Positions 40,633 through 50,421 of a stretch of 64,000 nucleotides of DNA are shown in pieces. The DNA is taken from positions 73,417 to 137,416 of the forward strand of contig CBDEKM010000018.1 in the NCBI GenBank assembly GCA_965240335.1, read 5' to 3'. This DNA is from a bacterium. GTDB lineage: Bacteria > JAAXHH01. Each line of letters starts with the position of its first letter. The stretch's first letter is position 1. The notes under the pieces are model-generated. The model searched no databases. It saw only the letters and a program-made list of their open reading frames with translations, and was not told where the DNA came from. The translations under genes and the position numbers were made by a program.

Positions 40633-40635
40633 ACC

Positions 40636-40752
40636 ATGGCTAAGGAACCAGTTTTTCCTTTGAGAAAACCTATCAGTACAAGAGGGACAACACCAAAACC
40701 ACCAAATGTAGTCAAACCACCGCCGCCACCACCACCACCGCCTAAAAAGTAA
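40636..40752 (+). CDS. 38-aa basic polyproline peptide, hypothetical
   Basis: AGGAG RBS within the upstream gene's last codons; MAKEPVFPLRKPISTRGTTPKPPNVVKPPPPPPPPPKK; Pro run uses mixed codons CCA/CCG/CCT. Confidence 0.7.
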   Translation: MAKEPVFPLRKPISTRGTTPKPPNVVKPPPPPPPPPKK

Positions 40753-40776
40753 TGGTTAAACAAGGTGTGATGATTA

Positions 40777-41595
40777 TTACATATCCCGCTTCGGCGGCGC
40801 GGCCGCGACCCCTTCCATGCCGCCGCTCACCCGAAGGACTACTCCGGTAATCCAGCCCGCCGCGGGACTGCAGAGGAACGCCACGCCGTTGGCGATGTCC
40901 TCCGGATCGCCCCACCTGCCCAGGGGAATGGCGCCGCGGATGCGTTCGATCATCTGGTCTTCGGTCAACCCCAGTGTTTTGCTGCGCTGGGCCATGTTCG
41001 ACCGGTTGAATTCGGTGTAGACCGGACCCGGGCAGACGGCGTTCACCCGGACTCCATACGCCGCCAGTTCAAGCGCCAGCGTTCGTGTGAGACTGATTAC
41101 CCCCTCCTTGGCCACGTTGTACGCCGCGACCAGGGCCGCAGGATTCTGTCCGTTGATGGAAGAGATGTTCACGATACAACCTGATTCCTGCCGTTCCATG
41201 ATCCCGCCCGCGGCCCGGCAGCAGTAAAACGTCCCGGTCAGCGTAACCCGCATGACCCGTTCCCACTCCGCATCGTCCAGTTCGACGACGGGCGTTACCT
41301 TCTGGCCAACCCCGGCGTTGTTTACCAGTATGTCCAGCCGGCCATGGTCGTCGTTGATCGCACTGAAAAACGCATTAACCGAAACGCTGTCCGCCACGTT
41401 CAGGTACCCGGGAACCACCTCCAACCCCTTCTCTTGAAGCTTCCTGGCTTCTTCTCCCACCTTCTCGCGCTGCAAGTCCGCCATCAGCACGGTCGCGCCA
41501 TTCCGCGCCAGCCGTTCAGAAATGCCCAGTCCAAGCCCCTGCGCCGCGCCGGTCACGACGGCTATGGTTCCGTCTATACGAAGTGGGTCGTCCAT
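40777..41595 (-). CDS. Short-chain dehydrogenase/reductase (SDR)
   Basis: TGAAQGLG, LVNNAG, NISS, YNVAK, VNAVCPG. Confidence 0.92.
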   Translation of the reverse strand: MDDPLRIDGTIAVVTGAAQGLGLGISERLARNGATVLMADLQREKVGEEARKLQEKGLEVVPGYLNVADSVSVNAFFSAINDDHGRLDILVNNAGVGQKVTPVVELDDAEWERVMRVTLTGTFYCCRAAGGIMERQESGCIVNISSINGQNPAALVAAYNVAKEGVISLTRTLALELAAYGVRVNAVCPGPVYTEFNRSNMAQRSKTLGLTEDQMIERIRGAIPLGRWGDPEDIANGVAFLCSPAAGWITGVVLRVSGGMEGVAAAPPKRDM

Positions 41596-41608
41596 GACGA
41601 AGGTCCTT

Positions 41609-43375
41609 TCATCCGTCCAATCTCTCCTTGCCGATGTACATCTCGGAGTACACGGTATTGTTTTCCCAGAAGGGATAGAACCCCGCGCGATCACGCTTCA
41701 GCCCCTTGAGCCACGGCTTGCGGAGTTGGAACCTGTGATCGTGCCATAGAAAGGCCCCGCCCACCTCGGAGGTCAGTATCCATTCCGCCTCTTCGTAAAG
41801 TTGCATCCGTATCTCGCGATCGATCTCCCCGCGGGCCCGGTCGATCAGATCATTGAATCGCGCATTGTCCCAGTCGTGCCGGGTGAATCCCCGGGGCTGG
41901 GAGCGCCAGGGTACGCCGAGCAGGCTCTGCGGGTCGGAGAAGTCGGCCCCGTATCCGACCATGCCGATCGGGATTTCCCACTCGTACATCAAGCGGTTGT
42001 ACGCGTTCGCCTGCATGTTGCGGATTTCGAGCTGGATTCCGAGGATATCGAGCAACTGCTCCTGGATCATCTGTACGGCCTGACCGCTTTGCGACGATGG
42101 CGGGGCGTCGCGAAGCCAGATTTCAAGGGCAGGGAACCCCTTGCCGCCGGGATATCCGGCTTCGGCCATCAGGCGCTTCGCAGTTTCCGGATCGAACTGC
42201 TGCAGATGTCTCAGACGATCACCGGCGTATCCCGGGAAATTGGGCGGACGCATGGTATAGGCGGGGCGTACCGCACCCTTGAACAATGCGTCGGCGATGG
42301 TCTGCTTGTCGATGGCCCAGGCAATGGCCCGCCGGACGCGGACATCGTTCAGGGGCGGTTCCCGGGTCCTGAAAAACAGGTATACCGTGGACACGCCGTT
42401 GAACTTCCAAAGCTGGTTATTCAGTTCAGGGTCATTTCTGATACGTTCGAGATCGGCCGGACTGCCCACGCCAACCAGGTCCACCTCGTCGTTCTCGTAC
42501 GGCAACAGTCCCATGCCGCCGGACGCGCTGCCGGTCCCCGCCATTCCCGAGAAGAGGCGTACGATCTTCCTGAAGTGAGCGGGATTGTTGCCTTCGTAGT
42601 AAGGATTGAGCCGGAAGGTCATGTATTTCCCCTGGACCCATTCGTCCAGCCGGAAGGCGGAATTGCTCACGCACCGTCCGGCTTCTGTCCAGCGGTTTCC
42701 GTATTTCTCCACCTGCCAGCGCGGTACCGGCGAGGAAGCCGTGTACGACGTAACGTAGGGAAAGTAGGCGCAGGGTTCTTCGGTCTCGATTTCAAATGTC
42801 AGGTCGTCGATCGCCCGTACACCGAGCATATCCGGGTCGTCGGTCTTTCGCTGGTTGTACGCCCTGGCGCCCTTGATGTCATAGTAGAAGAAGGCGTACA
42901 CGTTGCCGCTGTCCGGGTGGAGCAGGCGTTTGTACGTGTATTCGAAGTCGTGGGCGGTGACCGGCGTGCCGTCGCTCCAGCGCGTGCCCGGATGGAGGTG
43001 AAAAGTCCAGGTTTTGCCATCGGACGAACGCTCCCAACGGTCCGCAGCGCCTGGGACGAGTTCTTCGTTCTCGTCGATCATGCAGAGCCGTTCGAAGAGG
43101 AACGCGCTGCCCAGGGATTCGTATAGGGCGACGCTGACGTCCAGGCTGGAGGGTTCGTTGGAGAAGTAACGGTACACCTGGCGTTCGGGGGGCGCCGCAT
43201 CGGCTGGAAGCGGCTCGGCCGCTGCTTCTTCCCCGGAGATCGTCTCTACAAATGGATGACCCGGAAGATGGGACTGTCCGTCATCGCAGGACGCATTCAA
43301 CAGCAGGGCGACGAGACCATTCAAGCAGAACGGAAGGAATGATCTCCTGTGTGCGAGCATATATCCTCGTCTCAT
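41609..43375 (-). CDS. Peptide ABC substrate-binding lipoprotein (family 5)
   Basis: Lipobox-like NASC, PGAADRWERSSDGKTWTFHL, WSDGTPVTAHDF, DVRVRRAIAWAID. Confidence 0.88.
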   Translation of the reverse strand: MRRGYMLAHRRSFLPFCLNGLVALLLNASCDDGQSHLPGHPFVETISGEEAAAEPLPADAAPPERQVYRYFSNEPSSLDVSVALYESLGSAFLFERLCMIDENEELVPGAADRWERSSDGKTWTFHLHPGTRWSDGTPVTAHDFEYTYKRLLHPDSGNVYAFFYYDIKGARAYNQRKTDDPDMLGVRAIDDLTFEIETEEPCAYFPYVTSYTASSPVPRWQVEKYGNRWTEAGRCVSNSAFRLDEWVQGKYMTFRLNPYYEGNNPAHFRKIVRLFSGMAGTGSASGGMGLLPYENDEVDLVGVGSPADLERIRNDPELNNQLWKFNGVSTVYLFFRTREPPLNDVRVRRAIAWAIDKQTIADALFKGAVRPAYTMRPPNFPGYAGDRLRHLQQFDPETAKRLMAEAGYPGGKGFPALEIWLRDAPPSSQSGQAVQMIQEQLLDILGIQLEIRNMQANAYNRLMYEWEIPIGMVGYGADFSDPQSLLGVPWRSQPRGFTRHDWDNARFNDLIDRARGEIDREIRMQLYEEAEWILTSEVGGAFLWHDHRFQLRKPWLKGLKRDRAGFYPFWENNTVYSEMYIGKERLDG

Positions 43376-43395
43376 TTCTGTATATTCAACAGGGC

Positions 43396-45012
43396 TTACA
43401 TTCCAAGCATATTCTTGGCGACTTCGCGCGCCTCATCCAGCGTTTCCACGATGTGTGCAGCAGGTACGCGCTGGATGATGCCAAGGGCGGACAGGGTCTC
43501 CTCGACCGATCCCGAAAGCGACATGACGATGTACCTGGTGTCCTCGCTCGCAGCGACATCCATGAGCTGTTCGACGACCATGGCCGCGCTGTCGTCGATG
43601 TACGTGGCGTCGGTGAAATCGAAGATGACTACGTCATGCTCCTTGATGTCCGCACTGATCACCCCCACCAGCTTCTTGGAGGAAGCGACGGTGAAACTCC
43701 CCCTGAGCGCCACCAGACCGACCCGGGCGGAGAACTGATCCTTGCTATCGGTGTCCGCTTCCCGGGTGAAGAACTGCTGGTCGAGGATCGGTACGGACAC
43801 CACGCTGTCCAGTTCCAGGTTTTCCAGCTTCCTGGCGTGGGCCATGCCCGCCACGATCAGTCCTATCGCCACCGCGGTGACCAGGTCGACGAAAACAGTC
43901 AGTCCCAGGGTGAGTAACAGGATAAAAAGATGTTCCCTGCGCAGTCGGTGGATCCGCGCCAGGGTCCGCCAGTCGACGATGTCCCATCCGACCTTCATCA
44001 GTATACCGGCCAGCACGGCATGCGGAATCGGTTCGACGATCCAGCCGAGGCCCATCAGGAGTAACAGCAGTAAGATAGAACGAATAGCGCCGGACAATCG
44101 GGTGGTACCGCCGGCCCTGATGTTGGTCACCGTACCCATGGTAGCGCCAGCGCCAGGGAGTCCGCCGATCAATCCGGCTACCATGTTGCCTATGCCCTGA
44201 CCCACCAGTTCCTGGTCCGCCCTGTGGCGCGTACCCGTCAGGGAGTCGGCGACCAGCGAGGTGAGCAGGCTGTCTACGGAACCAAGCAGAGCGAGGATGA
44301 GCGCGGGCTCGATGGCACGCAGCAGGAAGTCGGCCGTGGGTGGTACCAGGACGATCTCCGGTAATCCAGATGGTATGAGTCCTATGACAGGCACGTCGCT
44401 CAACCAGAGCACACTGAGCGTCGTACCGGCGACGAGGGCTACCAGGGTTCCTGGCAGTTGTCTTGAAAGCCGCCTGGGCCAGAGCACGCCAACGGCCAGG
44501 GTGATGAGGGCGATCGCGAAGGCGCTGTAGTTGATGTCCCCGATCACTTCCGACAGCGCTTGAATGGTTACGACGGCTCCACCCGGCGCGGCAGGTGCGC
44601 CAATGAATGGCAAAGCCTGGATCAGCATGACGATGAGACCGATGCCGGACATGAATCCGGAGATCACCACGTGGGGGGTATAGGCGACGAAACGGCCGAT
44701 CCTCAACGCGCCAAGCAGGACCTGCAGCAGGCCGCCCAGCATGACCACGATCAGCGCTTCTCCGATCGAACCCGCGTGTTCCGCGATGATGACCGCCATG
44801 GCCACGGCCATGGGCGCCGTCGGGCCGGATATCTGGGATCGAGTTCCCCCGAATACGGCGGCGAAGAAGCCGACGCCGATCGCACCGTACAGACCGGCCG
44901 CCGCGCCCATACCCGATGCAATACCAAAGGCGAGCGCAACCGGCAAACTTACTACCGCGGAAGTAATCCCACCAAACAGGTCACCACGTAAAGTGTCCAG
45001 GCTGTAGTTCAA
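43396..45012 (-). CDS. SulP/SLC26 anion transporter with STAS domain (BicA-like)
   Basis: RGDLFGGITSAVVSLPVALAFG, ISGPTAPM, DSLLTS, GATMGT; STAS YIDDSA. Confidence 0.9.
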   Translation of the reverse strand: MNYSLDTLRGDLFGGITSAVVSLPVALAFGIASGMGAAAGLYGAIGVGFFAAVFGGTRSQISGPTAPMAVAMAVIIAEHAGSIGEALIVVMLGGLLQVLLGALRIGRFVAYTPHVVISGFMSGIGLIVMLIQALPFIGAPAAPGGAVVTIQALSEVIGDINYSAFAIALITLAVGVLWPRRLSRQLPGTLVALVAGTTLSVLWLSDVPVIGLIPSGLPEIVLVPPTADFLLRAIEPALILALLGSVDSLLTSLVADSLTGTRHRADQELVGQGIGNMVAGLIGGLPGAGATMGTVTNIRAGGTTRLSGAIRSILLLLLLMGLGWIVEPIPHAVLAGILMKVGWDIVDWRTLARIHRLRREHLFILLLTLGLTVFVDLVTAVAIGLIVAGMAHARKLENLELDSVVSVPILDQQFFTREADTDSKDQFSARVGLVALRGSFTVASSKKLVGVISADIKEHDVVIFDFTDATYIDDSAAMVVEQLMDVAASEDTRYIVMSLSGSVEETLSALGIIQRVPAAHIVETLDEAREVAKNMLGM

Positions 45013-45324
45013 GCGAGATCCTCCCTGAATCTCACGTGATTGGACTTGCTTCTCGTGCAAAACGCCCTATCTTCGCCTTGATACGCAAACCCGGCCGTTC
45101 GCCCATGACCCATGCGGCTGACTTTGCCCGCCATATCATGGGAAGTGGCACTACGTTTCGGGCTACGACTGCAAGATGCGCTTTCTCAGGATACCACATG
45201 GTATTGCGTGGGATATTCCAACAAAAGGAAATTATGAAGCGTGTTATGGTCAAGCGTTCCATTTGTAATTCCCAACGCTCCGCTCCTGCCTGGACCAAAC
45301 AGCAATAAACTGGTAGAATAAGTC

Positions 45325-46038
45325 ATGTGTGGCCGCCTTTCGCAAAACCTGACCTGGCAACAGATCTACACGTTGTATACCCTGCCTGTTTCATCACCGC
45401 GGATTGATCCGCAACCCAGGTACAACGGCGCTCCGACCCAGGAATTCGTCCTTTGCCGCCTGAATGAAAGCGGAACGAGATCCATGTCCGCGCTCCGATG
45501 GGGATTGGTTCCGTTCTGGGCAAAGGACGCCAAAATCGGCGCTCGGCTCATTAATGCAAGAGCGGAGACGGTAAAGGACAAACCCGCCTTCCGTTCAGCG
45601 TTCCGGGCGCGCCGGTGCCTCATCCCGACGAATGGATGGTTCGAATGGAGGCGGACCGGGCGGTCCGGGCGGTCCGGGCGGTCCGGGGGCAGCAAGCAAC
45701 CCTATTTCCTGGCACTCGAAAGCGGTTTCCCCGTTTCCTTCGCCGCACTGTGGGAGCAGTGGGCCCGGGACAGTCAACATCTCGAAACATTTACCATCAT
45801 CACGACCGATGCCTCGCCCTCTCTTTCAGATATACACGATCGCCAGCCCGCAGTGGTAGATTCCGACGATTTCACCGATTGGCTCGACCCCCAGACGCCG
45901 GTTGAAACGCTTCAGGAAATCATTCGGACGCCCCACGAAGGACCGTACGAAATCCGCCCTGTCAGCGACTTGGTAAACCGGGTAGCCAACGACACACCGG
46001 ACATCCTCACACCGCAGGTGAGAAATACGCTGTTCTAG
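45325..46038 (+). CDS. SOS response-associated peptidase (SRAP/YedK/HMCES abasic-site protein)
   Basis: MCGR start (catalytic Cys2), WGLVPFWAKD, LINARAET, RRCLIP..G.FEW, IHDRQP. Confidence 0.93.
   Translation: MCGRLSQNLTWQQIYTLYTLPVSSPRIDPQPRYNGAPTQEFVLCRLNESGTRSMSALRWGLVPFWAKDAKIGARLINARAETVKDKPAFRSAFRARRCLIPTNGWFEWRRTGRSGRSGRSGGSKQPYFLALESGFPVSFAALWEQWARDSQHLETFTIITTDASPSLSDIHDRQPAVVDSDDFTDWLDPQTPVETLQEIIRTPHEGPYEIRPVSDLVNRVANDTPDILTPQVRNTLF
45652..45687 (+). repeat. 9-bp tandem repeat (CGGWCCGGG x4) inside SRAP
   Basis: CGGACCGGG-CGGTCCGGG-CGGTCCGGG-CGGTCCGGG encoding RTG-RSG-RSG-RSG. Confidence 0.9.
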
Positions 46039-46065
46039 TGTTTCAACGCACGCGAGGCGCATACC

Positions 46066-46548
46066 ATGGTTCAACAGTCCCAGGGGATTCCGCGAGACGA
46101 TGCCGTAACGCTGCGACGTCTCGTCCTGGTCGTTCTTACGATAGGCATTGTGGGCGTTGGCTTAGAACTCATACTTCTGGAACACATGGAGGACAACTGG
46201 CAGTGGGTTCCTATTGTGCTCCTGGCGGCCGCTCTTCCGGTTTCGATCTGGCTCATACTCTCGCCCGGCTTTGCGAACGTACGAGCGTACCAGGTCCTGA
46301 TGGGGCTGTTCGTCCTGTCGGGGTTCACGGGGCAGTGGCTGCACTACCAGGGTAACGTGGAATTCGAACTGGAAATGTATCCATCGCGTGAAGGGCTGGA
46401 ATTGATCTGGGAGGCGCTGGGAGGCGCTTACCCGTCTCTCGCGCCAGGCACCATGACGCTCATCGGTCTGCTAGGAATGGTCGCCTGTCTTCGTCACCCG
46501 GCCTTGAAATCAAGCTGTAAATCAACCAAAACCATGGAGAAATCATGA
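46066..46548 (+). CDS. Uncharacterised four-helix membrane protein
   Basis: Four hydrophobic segments; polar motifs ELILLEH and LHYQGNVEFELE, PSLAPG; stop overlaps next start (ATGA). Confidence 0.75.
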   Translation: MVQQSQGIPRDDAVTLRRLVLVVLTIGIVGVGLELILLEHMEDNWQWVPIVLLAAALPVSIWLILSPGFANVRAYQVLMGLFVLSGFTGQWLHYQGNVEFELEMYPSREGLELIWEALGGAYPSLAPGTMTLIGLLGMVACLRHPALKSSCKSTKTMEKS

Positions 46549-47246
46549 ACACATACATGAAGTTCAGGTCTATCCTGCTAACCACATTTTTTTCCTGCTT
46601 CTTCGTGATTGGAGGTTGCGGCGGATCCGAAACGGCCGAGCAGGCCGCTCCTGCCGTGAACGAAACTCCGGTCGAAACAGCGTCGCCGGTAAACAATCCC
46701 AATCTCGCCGGAAGCGACGACCTTGGCGTGCTGCCGGGAATGACCGCCGAGCTTGCGGACATGGTGTTGGAAGCACGCCCTTTCCCGGGCATGATCGAAC
46801 TGGATGCGCTTATTTCGGATCACATGAGCCGGGAGGATACGGCCGCGCTCTACGCCGGTATGTTCATTCCCCTGAACCTGAATACAGCCACGGACGAGGA
46901 GATACTCCTGGTGCCCGGTGTGGGTGATCGGATGCTGCACGAATTCAAGAAATACCGTCCCTATCTTGGCATCGCCCAGTGGCGGCGGGAAATGGGCAAG
47001 TACGTGGACGATGCCGAGGTCGCCAGGATGGAGCAGTACGTGTATGTTCCCATCGATCTCAATACGGCCACGGACGAGGAAATACTCGCGATACCCGGTG
47101 TGGGTGACCGGATGCTTCACGAGTTCAAGGAGTATCGTCCGTATTCCGAGATGGAGCAGTTCTGTCGTGAAATCGGTAAGTACGTGGACGACGGCGAGGT
47201 CGCGCGACTGGCACGATACGTGGAAATCCGCAGCCAGGATCCGTAG
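46545..47246 (+). CDS. Lipoprotein with tandem helix-hairpin-helix (ComEA-like) repeats
   Basis: Lipobox-like IGGC; repeats LNTATDEEILLVPGVG and LNTATDEEILAIPGVG 60 aa apart, plus a divergent first copy. Confidence 0.78.
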   Translation: MNTYMKFRSILLTTFFSCFFVIGGCGGSETAEQAAPAVNETPVETASPVNNPNLAGSDDLGVLPGMTAELADMVLEARPFPGMIELDALISDHMSREDTAALYAGMFIPLNLNTATDEEILLVPGVGDRMLHEFKKYRPYLGIAQWRREMGKYVDDAEVARMEQYVYVPIDLNTATDEEILAIPGVGDRMLHEFKEYRPYSEMEQFCREIGKYVDDGEVARLARYVEIRSQDP

Positions 47247-47280
47247 TACGGAAGCGCGCTTCGTACTGGGGAAAAGTTAA

Positions 47281-47355
47281 TCGGGGTGGGGGGATTTGAA
47301 CCCCCGACCCCCTGCTCCCAAAGCAGGTGCGCTGACCGGACTGCGCTACACCCCG
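47281..47355 (-). tRNA. tRNA-Pro(TGG)
   Basis: CGGGGTG/CACCCCG acceptor, CCTGC-TTTGGGA-GCAGG anticodon arm, GTTCAAAT. Confidence 0.95.
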
Positions 47356-47368
47356 TAAACCTCTGGTA

Positions 47369-47397
47369 ATTATACGGTTCACCGGTAGTTATGTCAA
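47369..47397 (-). promoter_or_regulatory. Consensus sigma70 promoter of tRNA-Pro
   Basis: Minus strand TTGACA-17 bp-TATAAT, a perfect consensus. Confidence 0.88.
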
Positions 47398-47555
47398 GGT
47401 AAACCCCGGAGCCAAATGTCCCTGGGAACGCGCGAAATTCACTAGTCTGGAGCACCAGCCATGAAGCTGGCGGTTAACGGCAGTATGGATGCCGAACACC
47501 AAATGAAAGCGCTCCTGGATAACGTAAATCGTATCGGAAACGGAAAAGCTCATAC

Positions 47556-49622
47556 ATGAAACCCCCTTCGCTACTTTCCTTCGAATCCGTCGTTGGCCAT
47601 TCCGATCCGGGTATTTTCGACATCCAATCCAGCGCACCGGGCCCTGAAGGCAGCCTGCCGTTGACAGGCGACATGCTGCGGGAAAGCCCCAGCGGGGATC
47701 TTTTCGCCCTGTCCCAGAACGTGGGCATGGGATGGAGCCCTTCCAAGCTGAATCGCCGGCAGTACCTGATCCTCAGTACCCAGGGAGGTATTCGCGCATC
47801 CGACGGAACGCCGGTGGCCCTGGGGTACCATACCGGGCACTGGGAGGTCGGCTTGCTCATGCAGGCGGCCGCCGAGGAGTTGACGTCCCTGGGTGGCATA
47901 CCCTTCGGCGGTTATTGTACCGATCCCTGCGATGGTCGCACGCAGGGCACGCCGGGCATGATGGACAGTCTCCCTTACCGAAACGACGCAGCCATAATCT
48001 TTCGCCGGTTGATCCGGTCGTTGCCGACGCGCCGAGGCGTGATCGGGGTGGCGACGTGCGACAAGGGGCTGCCCGCCATGATGATCGCGCTGGCGGCGAC
48101 CCATGACCTGCCGTGCGTGCTGGTGCCTGGCGGCGTCACACTACCGGCGGAAGAAGGCGAAGACGCAGGCAAGATCCAATCCATCGGCGCCAGATACGCC
48201 CATGGCGAAATCTCGCTGGAATACGCGGCGGACATGGGCTGCCGCACCTGCGCATCACCGGGAGGCGGTTGCCAGTTCCTGGGCACCGCGGCGACCTCGC
48301 AGGTCGTCGGGGAAGCCTTCGGCCTTTCGCTGCCCCACAGCGCGCTGGCGCCATCTGGTCAGCCCATCTGGACCGACATGGCCAGGCGATCGGCCCGGGC
48401 GCTGATGCGGCTTGAAGCCGAGGGGCTGACCGTCCAGAAGATCCTGACCGAAAAGGCGCTCGAGAACGCCATGACGGTCCATGCCGCCTTTGGGGGTTCG
48501 ACCAACCTGCTGCTGCACATCCCCGCGGTCGCCCATGCCGCCGGCTTGCGCCGTCCGACGATAGAAGACTGGGTAAGCATAAACCGGCGGACCCCAAGGC
48601 TGGTGGACGCATTGCCGAATGGTCCGACGGGTTATCCCACGGTCATCGCCTTCCTGGCCGGCGGTGTGCCGGAGGTGATGCTGCACCTGCGCGAAGCGGG
48701 CCTGCTGAACGAATCGGTGCTCACCGCGGCGGGGTGTACGCTGGGCGAGGTCCTGGACTGGTGGCGGACATCCGACCGGCGGAAACTGGTTCGCGAACGA
48801 TTGAAGAAAGTGGACGGGATCGACCCGGATGACGTGATCATGTCTCCCGACCGGGCGCGTAACCGGGGACTGACCAGCACGGTGACCTTTCCAAAGGGCA
48901 ATCTCGCGCCAGAGGGATCGGTGATCAAGAGCACGGCGATCGATCCAAGCGTAGTCGATCAGGACGGCGTATACAGGAAAACGGGGCCCGCGCGGGTGTT
49001 CATCCGGGAACGGGATGCCATCGCCGCCATCAAGAGCCGGAACGAGGACGGAATAAAGCCCGGTGACGTGCTGATTCTCATCTGCCGCGGACCCATGGGC
49101 GCCGGGATGGAGGAAACCTACCAGATCACAGCCGCCCTGAGGCATCTCTCCTTCGGAAAGCATGTGGCCGTGGTGACCGACGCCCGTTTTTCCGGTATTT
49201 CAACGGGAGCCTGCGTAGGCCACGTAGGCCCCGAAGCCCTGGCTGGTGGACCCATCGGCAAGGTAGTCGATGGCGATCTTGTCGAAATCGTCATCGACCG
49301 GAACGCCCTGACGGGTTCTATTAACCTGGTCGGCAGCGAGGACCGCACTTTCGGCGTCGAAAAGGGCACCCGGCTGCTCGCCGAACGCCCGGCGCGGCCC
49401 GACCTGGCCGTAGATCCGAATCTTCCTGACGACACCCGTCTCTGGGCCGCCCTTCAACAGGCCGGTGGCGGCGCATGGGGCGGATGTGTCTACGACGTGG
49501 ATGAAATCGTCAACCGAATGCGAAATGGTGAGCAGACGGGGGCTCAACAACCGTCACCTGAGGCGGTGGAGACCCATGGACCGTCACAGGCAAAGGCGAA
49601 AGCAGGCAAAAATGGGAAATAG
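47556..49622 (+). CDS. YjhG/YagF family D-xylonate dehydratase (IlvD/Edd family)
   Basis: [56 protein letters not shown]. Confidence 0.9.
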   Translation: MKPPSLLSFESVVGHSDPGIFDIQSSAPGPEGSLPLTGDMLRESPSGDLFALSQNVGMGWSPSKLNRRQYLILSTQGGIRASDGTPVALGYHTGHWEVGLLMQAAAEELTSLGGIPFGGYCTDPCDGRTQGTPGMMDSLPYRNDAAIIFRRLIRSLPTRRGVIGVATCDKGLPAMMIALAATHDLPCVLVPGGVTLPAEEGEDAGKIQSIGARYAHGEISLEYAADMGCRTCASPGGGCQFLGTAATSQVVGEAFGLSLPHSALAPSGQPIWTDMARRSARALMRLEAEGLTVQKILTEKALENAMTVHAAFGGSTNLLLHIPAVAHAAGLRRPTIEDWVSINRRTPRLVDALPNGPTGYPTVIAFLAGGVPEVMLHLREAGLLNESVLTAAGCTLGEVLDWWRTSDRRKLVRERLKKVDGIDPDDVIMSPDRARNRGLTSTVTFPKGNLAPEGSVIKSTAIDPSVVDQDGVYRKTGPARVFIRERDAIAAIKSRNEDGIKPGDVLILICRGPMGAGMEETYQITAALRHLSFGKHVAVVTDARFSGISTGACVGHVGPEALAGGPIGKVVDGDLVEIVIDRNALTGSINLVGSEDRTFGVEKGTRLLAERPARPDLAVDPNLPDDTRLWAALQQAGGGAWGGCVYDVDEIVNRMRNGEQTGAQQPSPEAVETHGPSQAKAKAGKNGK

Positions 49623-50421
49623 CCCAGCAGTACTGGACCTTAAGGTGAGATACTTCCAGGACAGCACGCCCGCAGATGTGCCATGCAGGGAAGAAAACTT
49701 CATCCGAAGGGAATTCCGGATGAAACTGCCCATTGAACAGACGGCGCTTGTACTGGTAGACCTGTGGAACGTTCATTTCATCGACAGTTGGATCGAACGG
49801 GCCGCGCGGGTCACCCGGGAGGCGATCGTACCGGCCATCGAGATGGCCCGGTCGGCCGGACTGACCGTTATACATGCCCCTTCGCCCGAGGTAGCGCGGC
49901 AGTATCCCCAGGCTTCACGGAATCCGTCGGCACCTGTCCCGCTGCGTGGTGGCGCGGACTGGCCACCCCTTGAATTCCGGCACCGGGAAGGCGAGTACCA
50001 GGATTACAGGGGACCCAGGAATCAGCCGCCGGGCATCGGGCTTCACTGGAATGCAATCAGCGGGGATCTATCCATCTCGCCGGCCGTGGACGTCCGCGAC
50101 GAAGATGTGGTGATCGCCAGCGGCGCCGAACTGCACGAGGTACTGGCGGAACGGAACGTGCTCCACCTGGTCTACGCCGGTTTCGCCACCAACTGGTGCG
50201 TCCTGGGCAGGGACTACGGCATCCGGTCCATGGCGCGGTACGGATACAACATCGTTTTCCTGCGCGACTGTACGGCTGGTGTCGAGTTTCCCGACACGCA
50301 GGACGAGCTCTTCGTCACGGAAATAGCGACCCGTGAAATCGAGCAGCAGTTCGGTTTCTCGGCATCGAACGAAGATTACTTCGAAAGCTGCAGGAAAGTC
50401 TCAGAGAGGAATGGGACATGA
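49612..50421 (+). CDS. Isochorismatase-like cysteine hydrolase
   Basis: [30 protein letters not shown]. Confidence 0.78.
   Translation: MGNSPAVLDLKVRYFQDSTPADVPCREENFIRREFRMKLPIEQTALVLVDLWNVHFIDSWIERAARVTREAIVPAIEMARSAGLTVIHAPSPEVARQYPQASRNPSAPVPLRGGADWPPLEFRHREGEYQDYRGPRNQPPGIGLHWNAISGDLSISPAVDVRDEDVVIASGAELHEVLAERNVLHLVYAGFATNWCVLGRDYGIRSMARYGYNIVFLRDCTAGVEFPDTQDELFVTEIATREIEQQFGFSASNEDYFESCRKVSERNGT

Larger units (their letters stand above)
39740..40776. other. AT-rich horizontally acquired islet
   Basis: Sharp visible drop in GC and switch to A/T-ending codons between two convergent GC-rich genes. Confidence 0.75.

Noticed and set aside
45240-45324. LexA box upstream of SRAP
   Set aside because: No match to CTGT-N8-ACAG or GAAC-N4-GTTC found by eye.
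39740-47281. Integrative element inserted at the 3' end of tRNA-Pro
   Set aside because: No integrase, and I found no duplicate of the tRNA 3' end; most genes in the span have host-like composition.
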